DNA from: Stegostoma tigrinum
Taxonomy: Eukaryota
Assembly (NCBI RefSeq): GCF_030684315.1
Contig: NC_081386.1
Coordinates: 6,395,914 to 6,459,913, forward strand
Direction: 5' to 3'
Length of the DNA: 64,000 nucleotides
How positions within the stretch are numbered: the first letter of the stretch is position 1; every line of letters starts with the position of its first letter. The position numbers and the translations under genes are program-made. The notes under the pieces were generated by a model. It did no database searches. It saw only the letters and a list, made by a program, of their open reading frames with translations, and was not told the origin of the DNA. This document shows positions 40,620 to 54,582 of the stretch, piece after piece.

Positions 40620-40971
40620 TGGATGACACACTGGCACAGTTACTACTGCTGCCCCATTAGCACCTGGAACCCAGGTTTGATTCTACCCTCGGGCGACTGC
40701 GTGGAGTTTGCAAATTCTCCCTGTGTCTGCGTGGGTTTCCTCCAGGACTCCAGATTCTTCACACAGTCCAAAGATGTACAGGTTAGGGTGGATTGACCAT
40801 GCAAAATGCCCGTAGTGTCCAATGGCACGCAAGCTAGGTGGGTTCGCCATGGGAAAATGCAGGGTGACAGAGATATGGTAGGGGAATGGGATGCTCTTAT
40901 TAAGGTCAGTGTGGACTCAATGGGCTGAATGGTCTGCTTCTACACTGTAGGGATTCAATGATTCTATGATT
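40620..40971 (+). mobile_element. Older HE1-type V-SINE
   Basis: B box ggtttgattc, V-domain gtggagtttgcaaattctccctgtgtctgcgtgggtttcctcc, tail gattctatgatt. Confidence 0.85.
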
Positions 40972-41004
40972 ATAAGCAAGATAACTGATTTACTTTACCA
41001 CATA

Positions 41005-43122
41005 ACAATGGCAGGAGTTTCTGGGTGTAATTGAGGACACAGTACAGAGGTTCATCCCAAAGAAAAGAAAGATTATCCGGGGTGGGATTAGACAGCCATG
41101 GCTGACAAAGGAAGTCAGGAAATATATCAAAGAAAAAGAGACAGCCTATAAAGTGGCAAAGAGCACTGGGAAATCAGAAGATTGGGAAGGCTACAAAAAC
41201 AGACAGAGGATAACCAAGAGAGCAATAAGGAAGGAGAGGATCAAATATGAAGGTAGGCTAGCTAGTAATATTAGAAATGATAGTAAAAGCTTCTTTCAAG
41301 ACATAAGAAACAAACAAGAGGCAAAAGTAGATATTGGGCTGCTCCAAATTGATGCTGGAAGGCTAGTGATGGGAGATAAGGAAATAGCTGAAGAACTTAA
41401 TAAGTACTTTGTGTCAGTCTTCACAGTGGAAGACATGAGTAGTATGCCAACAATTAGGGAGAGTCAGGGGGCAGAGTTGAGTACGGTAGGCATTACAAAA
41501 GAGAAAGTGCTAGAAAAGCTAAAGGGTCTAAAAATTGATAAATCTCCTGGCCCCGATGGGCTACATCCTAGAGTTCTGAGGGAGGTGGCTGAGGAAATAA
41601 CGGAGGCTTTGGTCGTGATCTTTCAAAAGTCACCGGAGTCAGGGAAAGTCCCAGATGATTGGAAAATTGCTGTTGTAACTCCCTTGTTTAAGAAAGGATC
41701 AAGGCAAAAGATGGAACATTATAGGCCGATTAGCCTAAACTCGGTAGTTGATAAAATTCTAGAATCCATTGTCAAGGATGAGATTTCTAAATTCCTGGAA
41801 GTGCAGGGTCAGATTAAAACAAGTCAGCATGGTTTTAGTAAGGGAGGTCGTGCCTGACAAACCTGTTAGAATTCTTTGAAGAGGTAACAAGTATGTTAGA
41901 CCAGGGAAACCCAGTAGATGTTATCGATCTAGACTTCCAAAAGGCCTTTGATACAGTGCCTCACGGGAGGCTGCTGAGCAAGGTGAGGGCCCATGGTGTT
42001 CGAGGTGAGCTACTGGCTTCGATTGAGGATTGGCTGTCTGACAGCAGGCAGAGAGTTGGGGTAAAAGGCTCTTTTTTGGAATGGCAACCGGTGACGAGTG
42101 GTGTCCCGCAGGGTTCAGTGTTGGGGCCGCAGCTGTTCACCTTATATATTAATGATTTGGATGAAGGGACTGGGGGCATTCTGGCGAAGTTTGCCGATGA
42201 TACAAAGATAGGTGGACAGGCAGAGAGTACTGAGGAGGTGGGGAAGCTGCAGAAAGATTTCGACAGTTTAGGAGAGTGGTCCAGGAAATGACTGATGAAA
42301 TTCAATGTGAGTAAATGTGAGGTTTTGCATTTTGGAAAAAAGAATACAGGCATGGACTATTTTCTAAATGGTGAGAAAATTCGCAAATCAGAAGTGCAAA
42401 GGGATCTGGGAGTGTTGGTCCAGGATTCTCTACAAGTTAACTTGAAGGTCGAGTCCGTAATTAAGAAAGCGAATGTAATGTCGTCGTTTATCTCAAGAGG
42501 GTTGGAATATAAAAGTAGCAACGTGCTTCTGAGGCTTTATAAGGCTCTAGTTAGGCCCCATTTAGAATACTGTGTCCAATTTTGGGCCCCACACCTCAGG
42601 AAGGACATATTAGCCCTGGAGCGTGTCCAGCGGAGATTCACACGGATGATCCCTGGGATGGTAGGTTTAACGTACGATGAATGGCTAAGGATCCTGGGAT
42701 TCTACTCATTAGAGTTTAGAAGGTTGAGGGGAGATCTAATTGAAACTTACATGATAATGTATGGTTTAGAAGGGGTGGACGCTCAGAAGTTGTTTCCGTT
42801 AGGCGGGGAGACTAGGACCCGTGGGCACAGCCTTAAAATTAGAGGGGGTAAATTTAAAACGGAAATGAGATGACATTTCTTCAGCCAGAGAGTGGTGGGC
42901 TTGTGGAATTCATTGCCGCAGAGTGCAGTGGAGGCTGGGGCGTTGGATGCCTTCAAGGCAGAGATCGACAAATTCTTGATCTCAGAAGGAATCAAGGGCT
43001 ACGGGGAGAGTGCAGGGAAGTGGTGTTGAAATGCCCATCAGCCATGATTTAAATGGCGGAGTGGACTTGATGGGCCGAATGGCCTTACTTCCACTCCTAT
43101 GTCTTATGGTCTTATGGTCTTA
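41005..43122 (+). mobile_element. Young 5'-truncated CR1 LINE (2.1 kb)
   Basis: Three consecutive ORF pieces (41153-41857, 41893-42291, 42295-42873) with [43 protein letters not shown]. One frameshift near 41845 and two TGA stops. Tail (cttatggt)n. Confidence 0.95.
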
Positions 43123-44734
43123 CTTCATAGGCCCTGCAACCTTGCAGTCGTGGAATCTACCATTAGAGATCCACAGTTCTTGGTAGCTTCTGAGATTCCC
43201 TTCAAATGGGCAAAAACAGCAGAGTAAAGGGTGGTTATGAAGACAGTGTGGATGATGGTAAATTTAAAAGAAGGGTCACCACGCACAGAGAGGACCGTTA
43301 ACAATATCAGTTACTAAGAGGATCAGAAGAAGTTGGGTGATCAGCAGTCCAGGAGAAATAGGGCCAAGGGATCACAACATGAACATTGTGGACAAGGTGA
43401 GGTTGGAGCTGACAGGAAGTGAGCTGCGGGAGAAAGTAAAGAAAGATGGGAGTTCAGAGCTCAAGCAGTTGGGCAGGGCAAGGATTTGGTAGGTGCAGCC
43501 AGCAGTTCATCCGGTTTATTGTTAAAGTAAATGCGAAAGAAACAAGGGAGAGTGATGCATAATGGTTTCTGATGGAGAAAAGAAGCCAGGACACAACCTT
43601 CCTTTCCAAGATGATCTTGGATTTAAAGAGATAAACCGTCAGCAAATTAGTTGCAATTGGGCCAACTGAACAGGCAGTTTGATGAGAGTGTAGGGTGGAA
43701 AAAAATCTGAGGCTGCTGCTTGTAATGAGCCTGTGATAAATACCTTTTGATAAATTTCTGTTTAACTCAATGATTCACTTGGAAAAATCTTTTCTCACTG
43801 CTAGTGTTAAAAAATCAACCATTAATAAACATGATGAATTTCAAGATACTCTGCTGATTTAAAAGAAAAATGAAATCACTATTATTAGCACTGCAAACGT
43901 CTGCCTCTTGCTGTTTTTCTGCCAGAATTTATGCGAGTGTATTAGACATTGCCATGTGCCCAGAGAGCTTCCACTGATTTTGCCCTATACTGCTTAAGTT
44001 AATTCCAAAGCTCAGAAGTATTCATGGATTGGCTTTCTAATTAGGCAGTGACACTCACAATACCGAATTTTGGCCGTTTGAAATTAATGCATGGAAAATC
44101 AGGTACTGAGACTGCAAATCTCCGCGTTTTGTTTTTATTTATCTTTGTCTATTTGTCCTCAAAGGTGAGGGTTATGTCTTCTCTGGACATATTAAAAAAA
44201 GTTTGCCTGGTTACTTCAGCGAATAAGATGCAAATATGAGACTGGACTTATGCAGAGACAGCAGGCACATTTTCCTCAGAAAAGCAAAGAATCAATTGAG
44301 TTTCTGCTAGAGACTAACAACTTGCCATCGTGGAATTTGACTTCTGAATGTCTGGGTTTCAGTACCAACGGATCGATTTAAGTTTTCTAACAATACACTG
44401 AGAAAATCTATATTCCGCATGTTCTAATTCTCAAGCCTGGGTATTGTGGCAGCAAACATAAAAGACCAAAAGTTGGAACTTCTCAATTATGTCTCAGCTG
44501 TTCATTATGCAACATTGTGGCAATTTCTGATAGAAAAATGTATTCTTACAGAGCTCTTAAAACTGACTGCTGGCGTTCACATGAGAAATAGCCTTCAAGG
44601 GCATGATTCTAGACACCAAAATAAAATCATTAACTCCAAGCTGCTCACCCAACTTTTGCAACAATTTGTCATTTTAATGGCACAGTTTCCTAAATGACAT
44701 CATCAACATTTTCAGTTTAATGCACCAGTGCACA

Positions 44735-45160
44735 TTGGCTCATTGGTGGCACTCCTGCTTCTGAGTCAGAAAGTTCAGGATTCACATCCCTCTCCTTAGA
44801 CTGAAGTACAAAGTCTAGGTTAACATTCCACACTGACAGAGTGCTGCACTGTTGGAAGTTCCATCCTTCAGGTGAGACTTTAAATCATTACCTATCTTTT
44901 CAGGTTAACAAAGAAAATTCCATGGCACTATTTAAAGAGCAGCGGTGGAGTTCTTCATGGAATAAAAATCAATACTTATCCCTCAACTATTATTAAAACT
45001 AGATGTTAACATTATTGTTTATGGGTTCTGTACTGCATGCAAACTTGTTGTCACAGATCCTACGTTAAAATGCAAAACTAAAAGAGTGTTGGCTGCTGAA
45101 CGTCTGGGACTGCCTGACATCATGAAAATTGCTACAGTGCAAACTGATGCATTTAGTTTT
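44735..45160 (+). mobile_element. Deu-domain SINE (SacSINE1-like), old
   Basis: tRNA-like head, then gtgctgcactgttggaag...tcaggtgagactttaaa...ttccatggcactattt..gagttct..caatacttatccctcaac (Deu-domain-like). Confidence 0.7.
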
Positions 45161-45214
45161 AAAACATCATATTAATGAGGACTCATTCTTCAATTCTGTG
45201 ACTTTTTCCTGTCA

Positions 45215-45493
<279 letters not shown>

Positions 45494-45552
45494 TTAAAAA
45501 ATCAGAACACATATATATCCATGAACATAAAAACCAAATACTTTGAATGCTT

Positions 45553-45716
45553 GAAATCCAGAACCAACAGAACATTCTGGAAACACTCAACAGGTCAGAG
45601 TGTAGAACAAAGTTAACTGTTCAGGCTGATGACTTTCCATCCTTCCAGAAAGGTCATTGACCTGAAATATGAATTTGATTTTGCTCTCTCACAGACACTA
45701 CCCGAACTGCTGAATA
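45553..45716. repeat. Degenerate family B-like fold-back element
   Basis: ctggaaacactcaacaggtc...tcaggctgatgactttc and gaaaggtcattgacctgaa...ctgctga. Confidence 0.55.
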
Positions 45717-46409
45717 GGATTTAATGTACAGTAAGTAGCAGCCCTGTAAAAACTTGTGTAATATTACAAAGAATAAGTACGTGAGACCTAGTTATATTTG
45801 TTGTGATTTTTCCAGGTTAAGACACTTTTGAACAAGGTTCTCAATCTACACGACAAATACAAATGCTACTTACAGTCAGGAAATATAAATCCTGTGAGGC
45901 AGAAATGGTTCTATCAATGTGCTCATCCTCATGTAACTGCATGACTTTGCTCCTTGCTAACTCAGTAAACTTCCTCGAGCCCAGCTTCAATTACTTTTAA
46001 CTTGCACCGTTAACCTGTGGCCAAATTAACGTTCTGAGATCAGCAGGGCTGATTTCAACTCTGTCCTTTCTTTCTCACCCATCAAACCTCCTGTCATGTT
46101 ATTCAAACTCTGATATATAGAAGGACAAGTGAGTGGAACTGGTTCTATTTAGAGAGTGTTAACACTCATGCTTGTAAACTACTATCTCATTGCCTTTTCA
46201 TTGTTCATTTCTAAAGTTTATATGGAAGGTGTTATTGACTTTCAAGTTATCCATTACTTTGAAAATTCTGGTCTAATCTACAAATGACATGGTAATTCCA
46301 CAGATCTTATTACTGTACGTTTGGATTATTAGCCCACATCATAATTCAAAACAATACAACAGATGTCAGCACAATTAAAAATTTAGAATGAAACAATCAC
46401 GTATATATA

Positions 46410-46800
46410 TTAAAATCTTGCATTTATGTGGCACCTTTAACGTAGTAAAATGATGCTTCGTGCATCAAAAAACATATTCAACCAATAATCACAGTGAGCA
46501 AAACAACGATACATTAAGACAGATGACTAAATACTTGATCAAACAGAAGGAAGAGAGGTGGAGAACCGAAGAGGTTTGGGAAGGGAAGTCCGGATTGAAG
46601 ATCTTCAGTAATTGAAGGCACGGTTGCCAATAACAGAACAAAGCTGGTTGGAGAAGCTAGAATTGGAAGAACAGAAAGAAGTTGGAGGATTGTAATGCTG
46701 GAAGGAAGGAAGCCAAATGAGCAGTGGAATAATCAGGTCTAGCAGCAGCTAAATATACGTGAAGCTTTCACTAACAGATGGGTTGTGGCAGGGTCAGAAG
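46410..46800 (-). mobile_element. L2-like LINE 3' fragment
   Basis: cttgcatttatgtggcacctttaacgtagtaaaa and gaggtttgggaagggaagtccgga are reverse complements of the L2-like ends at 300-720 and 7150-7755. Confidence 0.55.
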
Positions 46801-47324
46801 AAAAATAATGCCATAAATTGAACAGCTCAGTTGTATGATGAGTGTAAATTTAGAAATATTTTAATTTCTAAATTTTCGGTTGGGAGCATGGCTTGTATTT
46901 CTAATCCTATTAAATCAATAAAAGATTATTTTAAAGCAAATTATATTATTTCACATCCACTGTGACCCATCAATTGAAGTGTCAGTTTAGCTTCCTAAAT
47001 GGAGCTACATCTATATAGTTGTTGCATGTTTTGCTTTTCAGGTTAGAAAGTTTGCAGTACAAAGTCCACAGGCATACTGGCTCATCAGGAGGCCATTCAG
47101 TCGATCATGTCCACATCAACCTTCTGTACAGCAAACCAGTTGATCCCACTGTTTTGTTCAAGGCCCACAGTTACAGGTTTACAACAAAACAGTAGATAGC
47201 AGCAATGCTGCTAAAACCTCAAAATCTCAGCAAGGTTACGCACATACTATTTTAATCAGGTGACAAGTTCTCCTCACAAAGTGCATGATTTAAAACAGAG
47301 ATAACTGTTTCTTACAATCCTTAC

Positions 47325-48349
47325 CTAATACTTCTGCAGTTGCCATAATCTCACATGTGTACATCGCTGCCATGAGCCGTTGAGGTTGTGCCTGGAATGC
47401 AAAACGACAAGCTTCTTTCATCGTGGCAATGAGCTGGCCTGAGAAAGGGCCATAGCAATCTGTAAGCACAGCCTCAGAGTTACAATGGCCATCTGCCACA
47501 CTCTCTGCTGGAGTCCGACTGTCCTGAATCTGGTCACCTGGTCTTGCTTGGTTTTCCAATCTCGTCTCTAATTCAGAAAGGCTATTTTCATTTGACGTTA
47601 CTTGCTGCTGGAACTCCTCAACCTTTGCTGTTTGCCCCTCTGTGAAAGGTTGGCTGTGTATTTGAACCAGCTGCTGCACTTTACTCATGTCCCATTTCTC
47701 TAAAATGAAGCAAACACCCATAAGAGGTTCTTCACACACAGGACCTGACAGAGTCGCCAGTTGAAATCCACTGATTATACTGTTGTCAAAATCCTTGTAT
47801 GTCCCCAAGTCTTTCCTGGTTTTATCAAGACACTGCCACATTGATGGTCTATAACTTTCCAATCTATTTAGTAAAATATTAGGGCCACAACGGCGTGGTC
47901 CAAATGACGAAATTTGGTTCACAGCATTTCTCCATTTTCGGCCAACAAAATTCTCCTCCAGCTTTTGTTTGAAATTTTGGATGGCCTCAAGTGTTGTTGG
48001 ATTGATCTCCTGAGTGCCTCTGCCTTCTTTTACTGATAGATTGAATTGCTCTATTGTACGAATTAGATCACTGTTTTCTTCCAGTAACTGTGTCACTGTT
48101 TCAGGAAGTGGCATGGCTCTCACACTGAGATTGGACAGTTTATTAGGTGTATTCAAGGTGACAAGACCATCAGAATCCACAATGACACCTTCAGGGTATT
48201 TATTCTGGTCTTCCTTCTTTTGGTGAATGACGGCAATCTTTTGTTGTGTCCCTATGTCTTCATTCACCATGTCTACCTTTGGTGGCCGAATGATAGTCTC
48301 CCTAAAAGGAACGATTGGTGCTGATGAACTGATCTCAACCTTTGCAAAC
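47325..48349 (-). CDS. EFL1: EFL1 large internal coding exon (1025 bp), domain IV
   Basis: Open frame [30 protein letters not shown]...[12 protein letters not shown]...[22 protein letters not shown]...[46 protein letters not shown]. Acceptor tttttgcag|G, donor G|gtaagg. Confidence 0.97.
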
Positions 48350-48559
48350 CTGCAAAAAGAAAAACATGCTTATACAATGCAAAATTGAATCAACTGAAAG
48401 TTGCTTTTGGCAAAGTGCCACACTAGAGGACTTTCTACCCAAAAGAAGTCTGGAATTTGTGGTAGCAATTGAACTGGATTGAGAACTGACTGCAAGGACA
48501 TGGACAGAAAATGTGAAAGAAGGATTGAACTTTCCTTCGAAAGCAGTCATCAGAAATTA

Positions 48560-50012
48560 TGTTAGCTTTGTTGCTTCTTACTATTTTGTTAATGATCTGC
48601 ATGTAAGTATGGGGGACACAATATTAAAATTTGCAGATAATATTAAGATCGATGTGTATGTTAAGACTGTAAATAATGCTTGACTGCTTTAAATAGGCCT
48701 GGATGTGTTGAGAGATTGAGTTTGCAATGTTTAATTTCAAAAACTGCAGGCATATATACATTTGGACAGGATGAATGTTCAATATAATCTTGAAAGAAAA
48801 ACTCAAGAACTTGGAGAGACAATGTGAAATGGGTGTTTGAACACATGGATCTGTAAAGTCGTTTATTTAAACAGGCAAAGCGGTAGCCAGAATGAATAGG
48901 TGTTGGGTGCGCTTATAGTGCAATTGAGTACAAAAGGAAACATACTGTCTTGTTCTTACAAAACATCTTGGTCAGGCCTTAGTTGGAATACCATGTCCAG
49001 TCACAATGTGGAAAAAGGGCAGAGGAGCATTAGTAGATTAATAAGTAAACTTTAATCCAGGAATTAAGATAGTCCAATACAGCTAAGGCTTAATACTTTA
49101 CAGCAGCATTAATCTAGAGGCATTTGATTTAAGGTTAATATGATGATAAAAGTAATAGATTGTCTCAGAGTTGAAATTGCTCAAATTAGGTTAGCTTGTG
49201 TAAGGCCAGATGTAGGTTAGATAGCATAAGGTGGCTTGTTTCCAAAGAATAGCAAACGAATAGAACCAGCTGCTGGTTTGTGCAACAGATGCTGATTTGC
49301 TCAATTCCCACAGGTGGGAGCTGGACTTGTTTCTGGTTCAAGTGGAAATCACCTCGTAAAAAAACATTAGGCACTTCATAGAATTCTGGACTTCGGTTAC
49401 CTGCTACCTAGTTTTGATTACTTCAGGGATGGAGGAAGGGATTATTTCCAAAAAATTGTTCTGGATTTTTATCTGGCATTCCGGAGCACCTGGGAGTTCA
49501 CAAGTGGTGGAGTGAGACTGTATTTTGTAGTACACAAGGTAAATCAATTGTGCTGGTCAGGCTGGGTGGACCAAGGATGACTTTTCTAGCCCACCACTGC
49601 ACTCATGCCTGCAAATATACTAGAGTTTTCAACTTACTACAAAATTAGGAGAGGTGTGTCAAAAAAAATGGAAAAAAATGATTTTGATGATCCAAATAAA
49701 CAGAACCAGTGACACAGGAATTGGTTAAATGGAAGGTATGGATTTAAGGCGACTGGCAAAGGAACCAGAAACAAAATGAGGAAGCTTTTCATTGAGACAC
49801 CAAGTTATCGTGATCTGGAGTGTATTGCCTGAAAATGGTGGTAGAAGCAGAATCAATAGTAACCTTAATCAGAGAATGGCATAAATGTTTAAAGGTTTAA
49901 AAAAAAAGGACAGTGGGGAAAGAGAAGGGAAGTGGAATTACTTAGGTAGCTCTATCAAGTATGATGGGCCAAATGGCCTGCTTCTATGTTGTATCATTCT
50001 ATGATTCTATGA
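48560..50012 (+). mobile_element. Cluster of decayed CR1 RT and 3' fragments
   Basis: LKFADNIK, ggtcaggccttagttggaatac, and a 3' end gggccaaatggcctg..attctatgattctatg. Confidence 0.6.
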
Positions 50013-53000
50013 GTAGTGGTGGCCAAACATTCCAATAATGAGTGCACTGAGAAATGTCACAATGGACACAGACCTGGATTTCATACATCACTTACAATTT
50101 TTCAGACGGCCTGTGGAACTTACCCTGCAGGAGCTAAACAAATGCAGGTGACACAACCACACAGATTTCTATTTGTTCCTAATAGAAGTGTAGTGTCATA
50201 ACACCACAAGCATCAGTGAAACAGTACTTACCACCACAGCCCATGTGTTATGCTTGAAATTCTTTGAGTTCTATCCAAAACCCAGTGCCACTAATCACAG
50301 ATTTCCACAGTGAAGTTCCAAATTTCAACGCTGAAAGTATGTTTGGCTCTGTTATTTGGCCTCACGTGCACATCACCTGATTTTTTTCTCAAAGCAATGC
50401 GATCCAGTTGATGTGGGGAAGAGTGGGAATGCAATCTGCTCTCCAGCACTTCAGCAGCTACTCTCAGCATTTTAAAAACGTCTCACTTCATAAGAAGTGC
50501 ACTTCCATCCGGACAGCTTTAGTTTCTGGCAACTTCAGTGCAGACAATGCCAGCTGAGGCTCAGCTCCCAAATCCTTCACTTCCACAGCTGAAAGAAAGT
50601 TGGGTGAGGGCCGCATCTCTGGCATTATTTGCAATCTCAGCTGACACAAACCGCTAATCCATCTTGTTTAGTTACAGACATAGACAATAACATGACTTTC
50701 AGTAAAAATAGGCAAATTTGTGAATGTTTGAACTGAAAGCGTTGCAAAGAACTATATACTGAAATTAATCAACATCTCCAGAATACATAAAAAACATTAG
50801 ATGTGAAGAAGACTGATGTTCATCTGACTCTCAATCTGCTTGGAAATTGTGTGTGATGAAAGAGTTGTTGATTAACAAGAGCAGTTAATCTCCATTGATT
50901 AATTTAGGAACAAGTAATTACACTGGCAGAGTGGAAAGCTTTGGAAGCTATAGATTCAAGATCATCTGCCACTCCTAAGTACACACACTTATCAAATGAC
51001 ATATCCTAAATTATTGTATCTCAATATCTTTTCTGAAAATATTCAAACCATCATTTGGAAGAATTACACTACTGGCTGCCTAAAGAATTGTTCCATAGGT
51101 CTACTCACTCACTGAAATGATGTACTACAGTTTTGAAATTAGGCTCTGAAAGTGCATACCACATCCTTTAGCTTTTTTACCTATGGACAGCGAAACAGAT
51201 TGTCATGATTTATTTTACTCAGACTTTTTTGAACATCAGTCACATCACCTTTGATTTCTGGTCAGAACATGCCCAACTTTCTTAATCATTCTTTTTAACC
51301 CAATCCCTCAGCCTCTTCATTTAATCTGATTACTCTCTGCTGTGCCTTTCAATAGCTATAATATCTTTTCCAGTGCTGTGGCAACTAGAACTGTGTACAA
51401 GATTCCAAATGTGCTTGCATCAATGATTTATATAGCAGTGACATTACATCACCACTTCTCCACGTGACATTCTAAATACATCCCAAAATCATACCTAATG
51501 AGAGTTTCTATTTATGGTCAATCAAGTCCTCACCATCCTCTCACTTTCCATTCACGTTATTTTCTTTCCATTTAAAATGATACTTGGATACCTGGCTAGC
51601 AATTAGCTAATCCCTTGAGGCTAAAACTCTGAACTACAGCTCAAATCATTATTCATGATCATCTCCAGTACACGGTTATTTTGGTAAATATGCTTAGTTT
51701 AGTTCCAGCTGCTTTCTGTTCTCCAGCAGTGTCACATTAAGTAGAATTTTGTAAATTTTATTGGCTTCATAAACCTACCTATTACAATTGTTTAAATGGC
51801 TAGAAATAATACACCAACAATTTATAGTACCCCCATGGAGAATTTAAGGGTCCTTTTACTTTATTATGTTGCTTTGGTGGCAATACCTTTTTAGGTGCTC
51901 CATTTACTATACATGAAGCAATGCTTCTGCTGCATGTGGAGCAGTGCAGATATGCTTCATGTTCCTCCAGAAACAACAATAGCCAATAGAAAGATTCCCA
52001 CAAGCAGTCTTGGCAACCAGTTCTCTCTAGTATGTGAGCAGACTATCCTTAGGCACGAATATCAAAATTTGCACAATTGTCACTGCTGTGCTGTACAATC
52101 TGCAATGTCAACGTATGGTGGGAAAAGATTAGGCAACACTAAGTGGTCAGTTCCCTCCGGTGTTTTGCACACCCAAGAGACATCCTAATCTGTGGCTACT
52201 GTCTACTTGTGCAGAAGCAGTCTAAGCTCAGCAATTGCAGTGAATCCTTTCGGGAAGAGTGTGTACGCTCTATATGGAACAAACAGAAATTCTAGCTCGT
52301 CTTGGTCACTGATGAGCACTTAACAGCATTAAGTTGACTAGTCACTGGTCGTAGACACTTGGGAGGGTTTGGCTGCTATTGACTCCCAAACATATAAGTT
52401 GAGAAATGTGGATCTCTTAAATTCAGCCTATTTTAGATACATGATGCTCATCAAATAATTTTAAGTATTGGTCTGGCATAATTTAAACCAATGAATACTG
52501 GAAAGAATAAGTTAATCTATACATTGAAATAATATTACCTTTGAGCATTTAAATGTTTAAGGGGTTGCTGCTAAAAGCATTAAAGTGTAATCATAAGACA
52601 AGCTTGCTTTATTTTAAACAGAGGTAGTGGTAAATAATAGCTAGCTTAGACAGTAAACCTAATTAAAAGACAATCCAGCTAGACAGCTTTAATTAGTAAC
52701 AAGTTATTGCAGTCTTAGAACAAGTCGAGAAGCTTTCTTTATTCACTCAAGCCCTGAAAGATAAAAGTCAAGGTGTGACTGGAAGTCAAGAAGTGTAACA
52801 AACTGAGGAGTTACAGGTGTGTGTGTTGCTGATTGGGACAATAAAAACATGTTGAATGATAACCATTTGTTAGGTGATTTAATTGTATATACAAACTGCT
52901 ATTTACAAGAGTGGAAAAGGGAATAAATTTTGGGTGGTGGAGTGGATACTTTTGAAGGTCTGGCCCACCACGCACACAGATTCAGAACTCTGAGGTACAT

Positions 53001-54410
53001 TGACTTTCCAACTAAAGTCTGTAACATTTGTTGAAGTATTACTAATTATTGTTAATCAGTTATTATTGGATGTTAATGATTGTGAATACCTGACAATCAA
53101 TGCTGAGAACCCCACTACTGTTGAGTTAAGACTTGTAAGTATGAATACCCATCCTCAAATAATGTAATGAGACATGTGGTCATTATCCTGGGAGTATGTT
53201 ACCAATTATATCCAACTGAGGTATCTTTTGGGAAATAGTTTCTTTAATACATCGTAGGTCATTGGCTGTTAGGAGACACAAGTATTATAGAAAATGGTAG
53301 TCATGAAGTGAACGAAGATGGTATAATACGAAAATGAGCAAGGTGACTTACAAAGTAACATAAACATATTCGTTACTTGTCTGTACAGTTCTCGAGTGAA
53401 ATTTAATTGCAGATAACTACAAAGTACTTCACACAGAAATAAACTTGGGGTAAGGAATTATTGCTTGAATGAAAATAAAATGATGAGCCTAGAAACTCAA
53501 TATAATCTTGTAGCCTTAATTAACAATAAACAGAAGCTATCACAAAACACAGCAGGGAACATGTAAAGCAAATTAGCTGTTCTGGTGTATTTAAAAGGTC
53601 AGTTTAAACCAAAATAGTGAGATAATCCTGCCAATTTATATGTTATTGTTGTGACCACGTTCAGAATTCTGCATATAACTCTGATTTAGGAGTGCAAAAA
53701 ATATATTACTGCTATTAAAAAACTACAGAAGACAGCAAACAAAACAATTGACGGTGTGGAGAATATTGAGAAAGAATGGTTAAGGGCAAATTTAATGCAA
53801 ATAAGACATTATGTCCATGATAACCTATTTAACTACTTCCAAGGGAGAAGAACCAGATGACACGAGGTGCACTTGGAACAGGCATGGGACAGATTAAAAA
53901 CTTGCAGAAAACAAAGGGTGAACTTTTTTTTAGGTCAGGTGGCTTGTCACACCCACTGCCAATGAAAAGCTGGCACTAAGCCACAGGCCAATCAGAAGCC
54001 AAACCCCAACCATAAAGCATTATGGGAGCTATCTGATGATCAGATTAAACAGCAATGTTAAAGCTCAGTCATGGGTGCTGCTGGGTCTGCAGGCAGGGTC
54101 ATTAAGCACGGGCCGAAACCTGTATCCAGATAAATCTGGGTTGAGCTGGGTTTTTTTGACAAATTGGGAAAGGGAGAAAGGGTTGGAAATTTAAAAGTTA
54201 TGTGGGTGACAAGGGATGAGGATAAGTGGTATGTTTCTAGGAGTTCCCTTGATAGGCAAGAGAGAATTGCCAACGGTAGCACCATCCAGCACCACCCCCC
54301 CCCCAATCTTCTGATGGTTTTAAGCACTTTTCTAAAAAAAAACTGTGATTTGCACTCTTGCCTGACTATCCACGTGGTGTAATACTGGGGTCAACTGAGA
54401 TTTTAACAAG

Positions 54411-54582
54411 AGAGTAGGAACCTCAGATGGTGGAGAATCTGAGATAACAAGGTGTACAGCTGGATGAGCACAGCAGGCCAAGCAGCATCAGAGGAGCAGG
54501 AAAGCTGATGTTTCAGACCTAGACCTTTCTTCATTTCATGCTGCTTGGCCTGCTGTGTTCATCCAGCTCTACACCTTATTAT
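54411..54582. mobile_element. Short fold-back PLE-end element (family A)
   Basis: Inverted arms of the same family. 16-bp TSD ctgagattttaacaag at 54395-54410 and 54583-54598. Confidence 0.85.
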
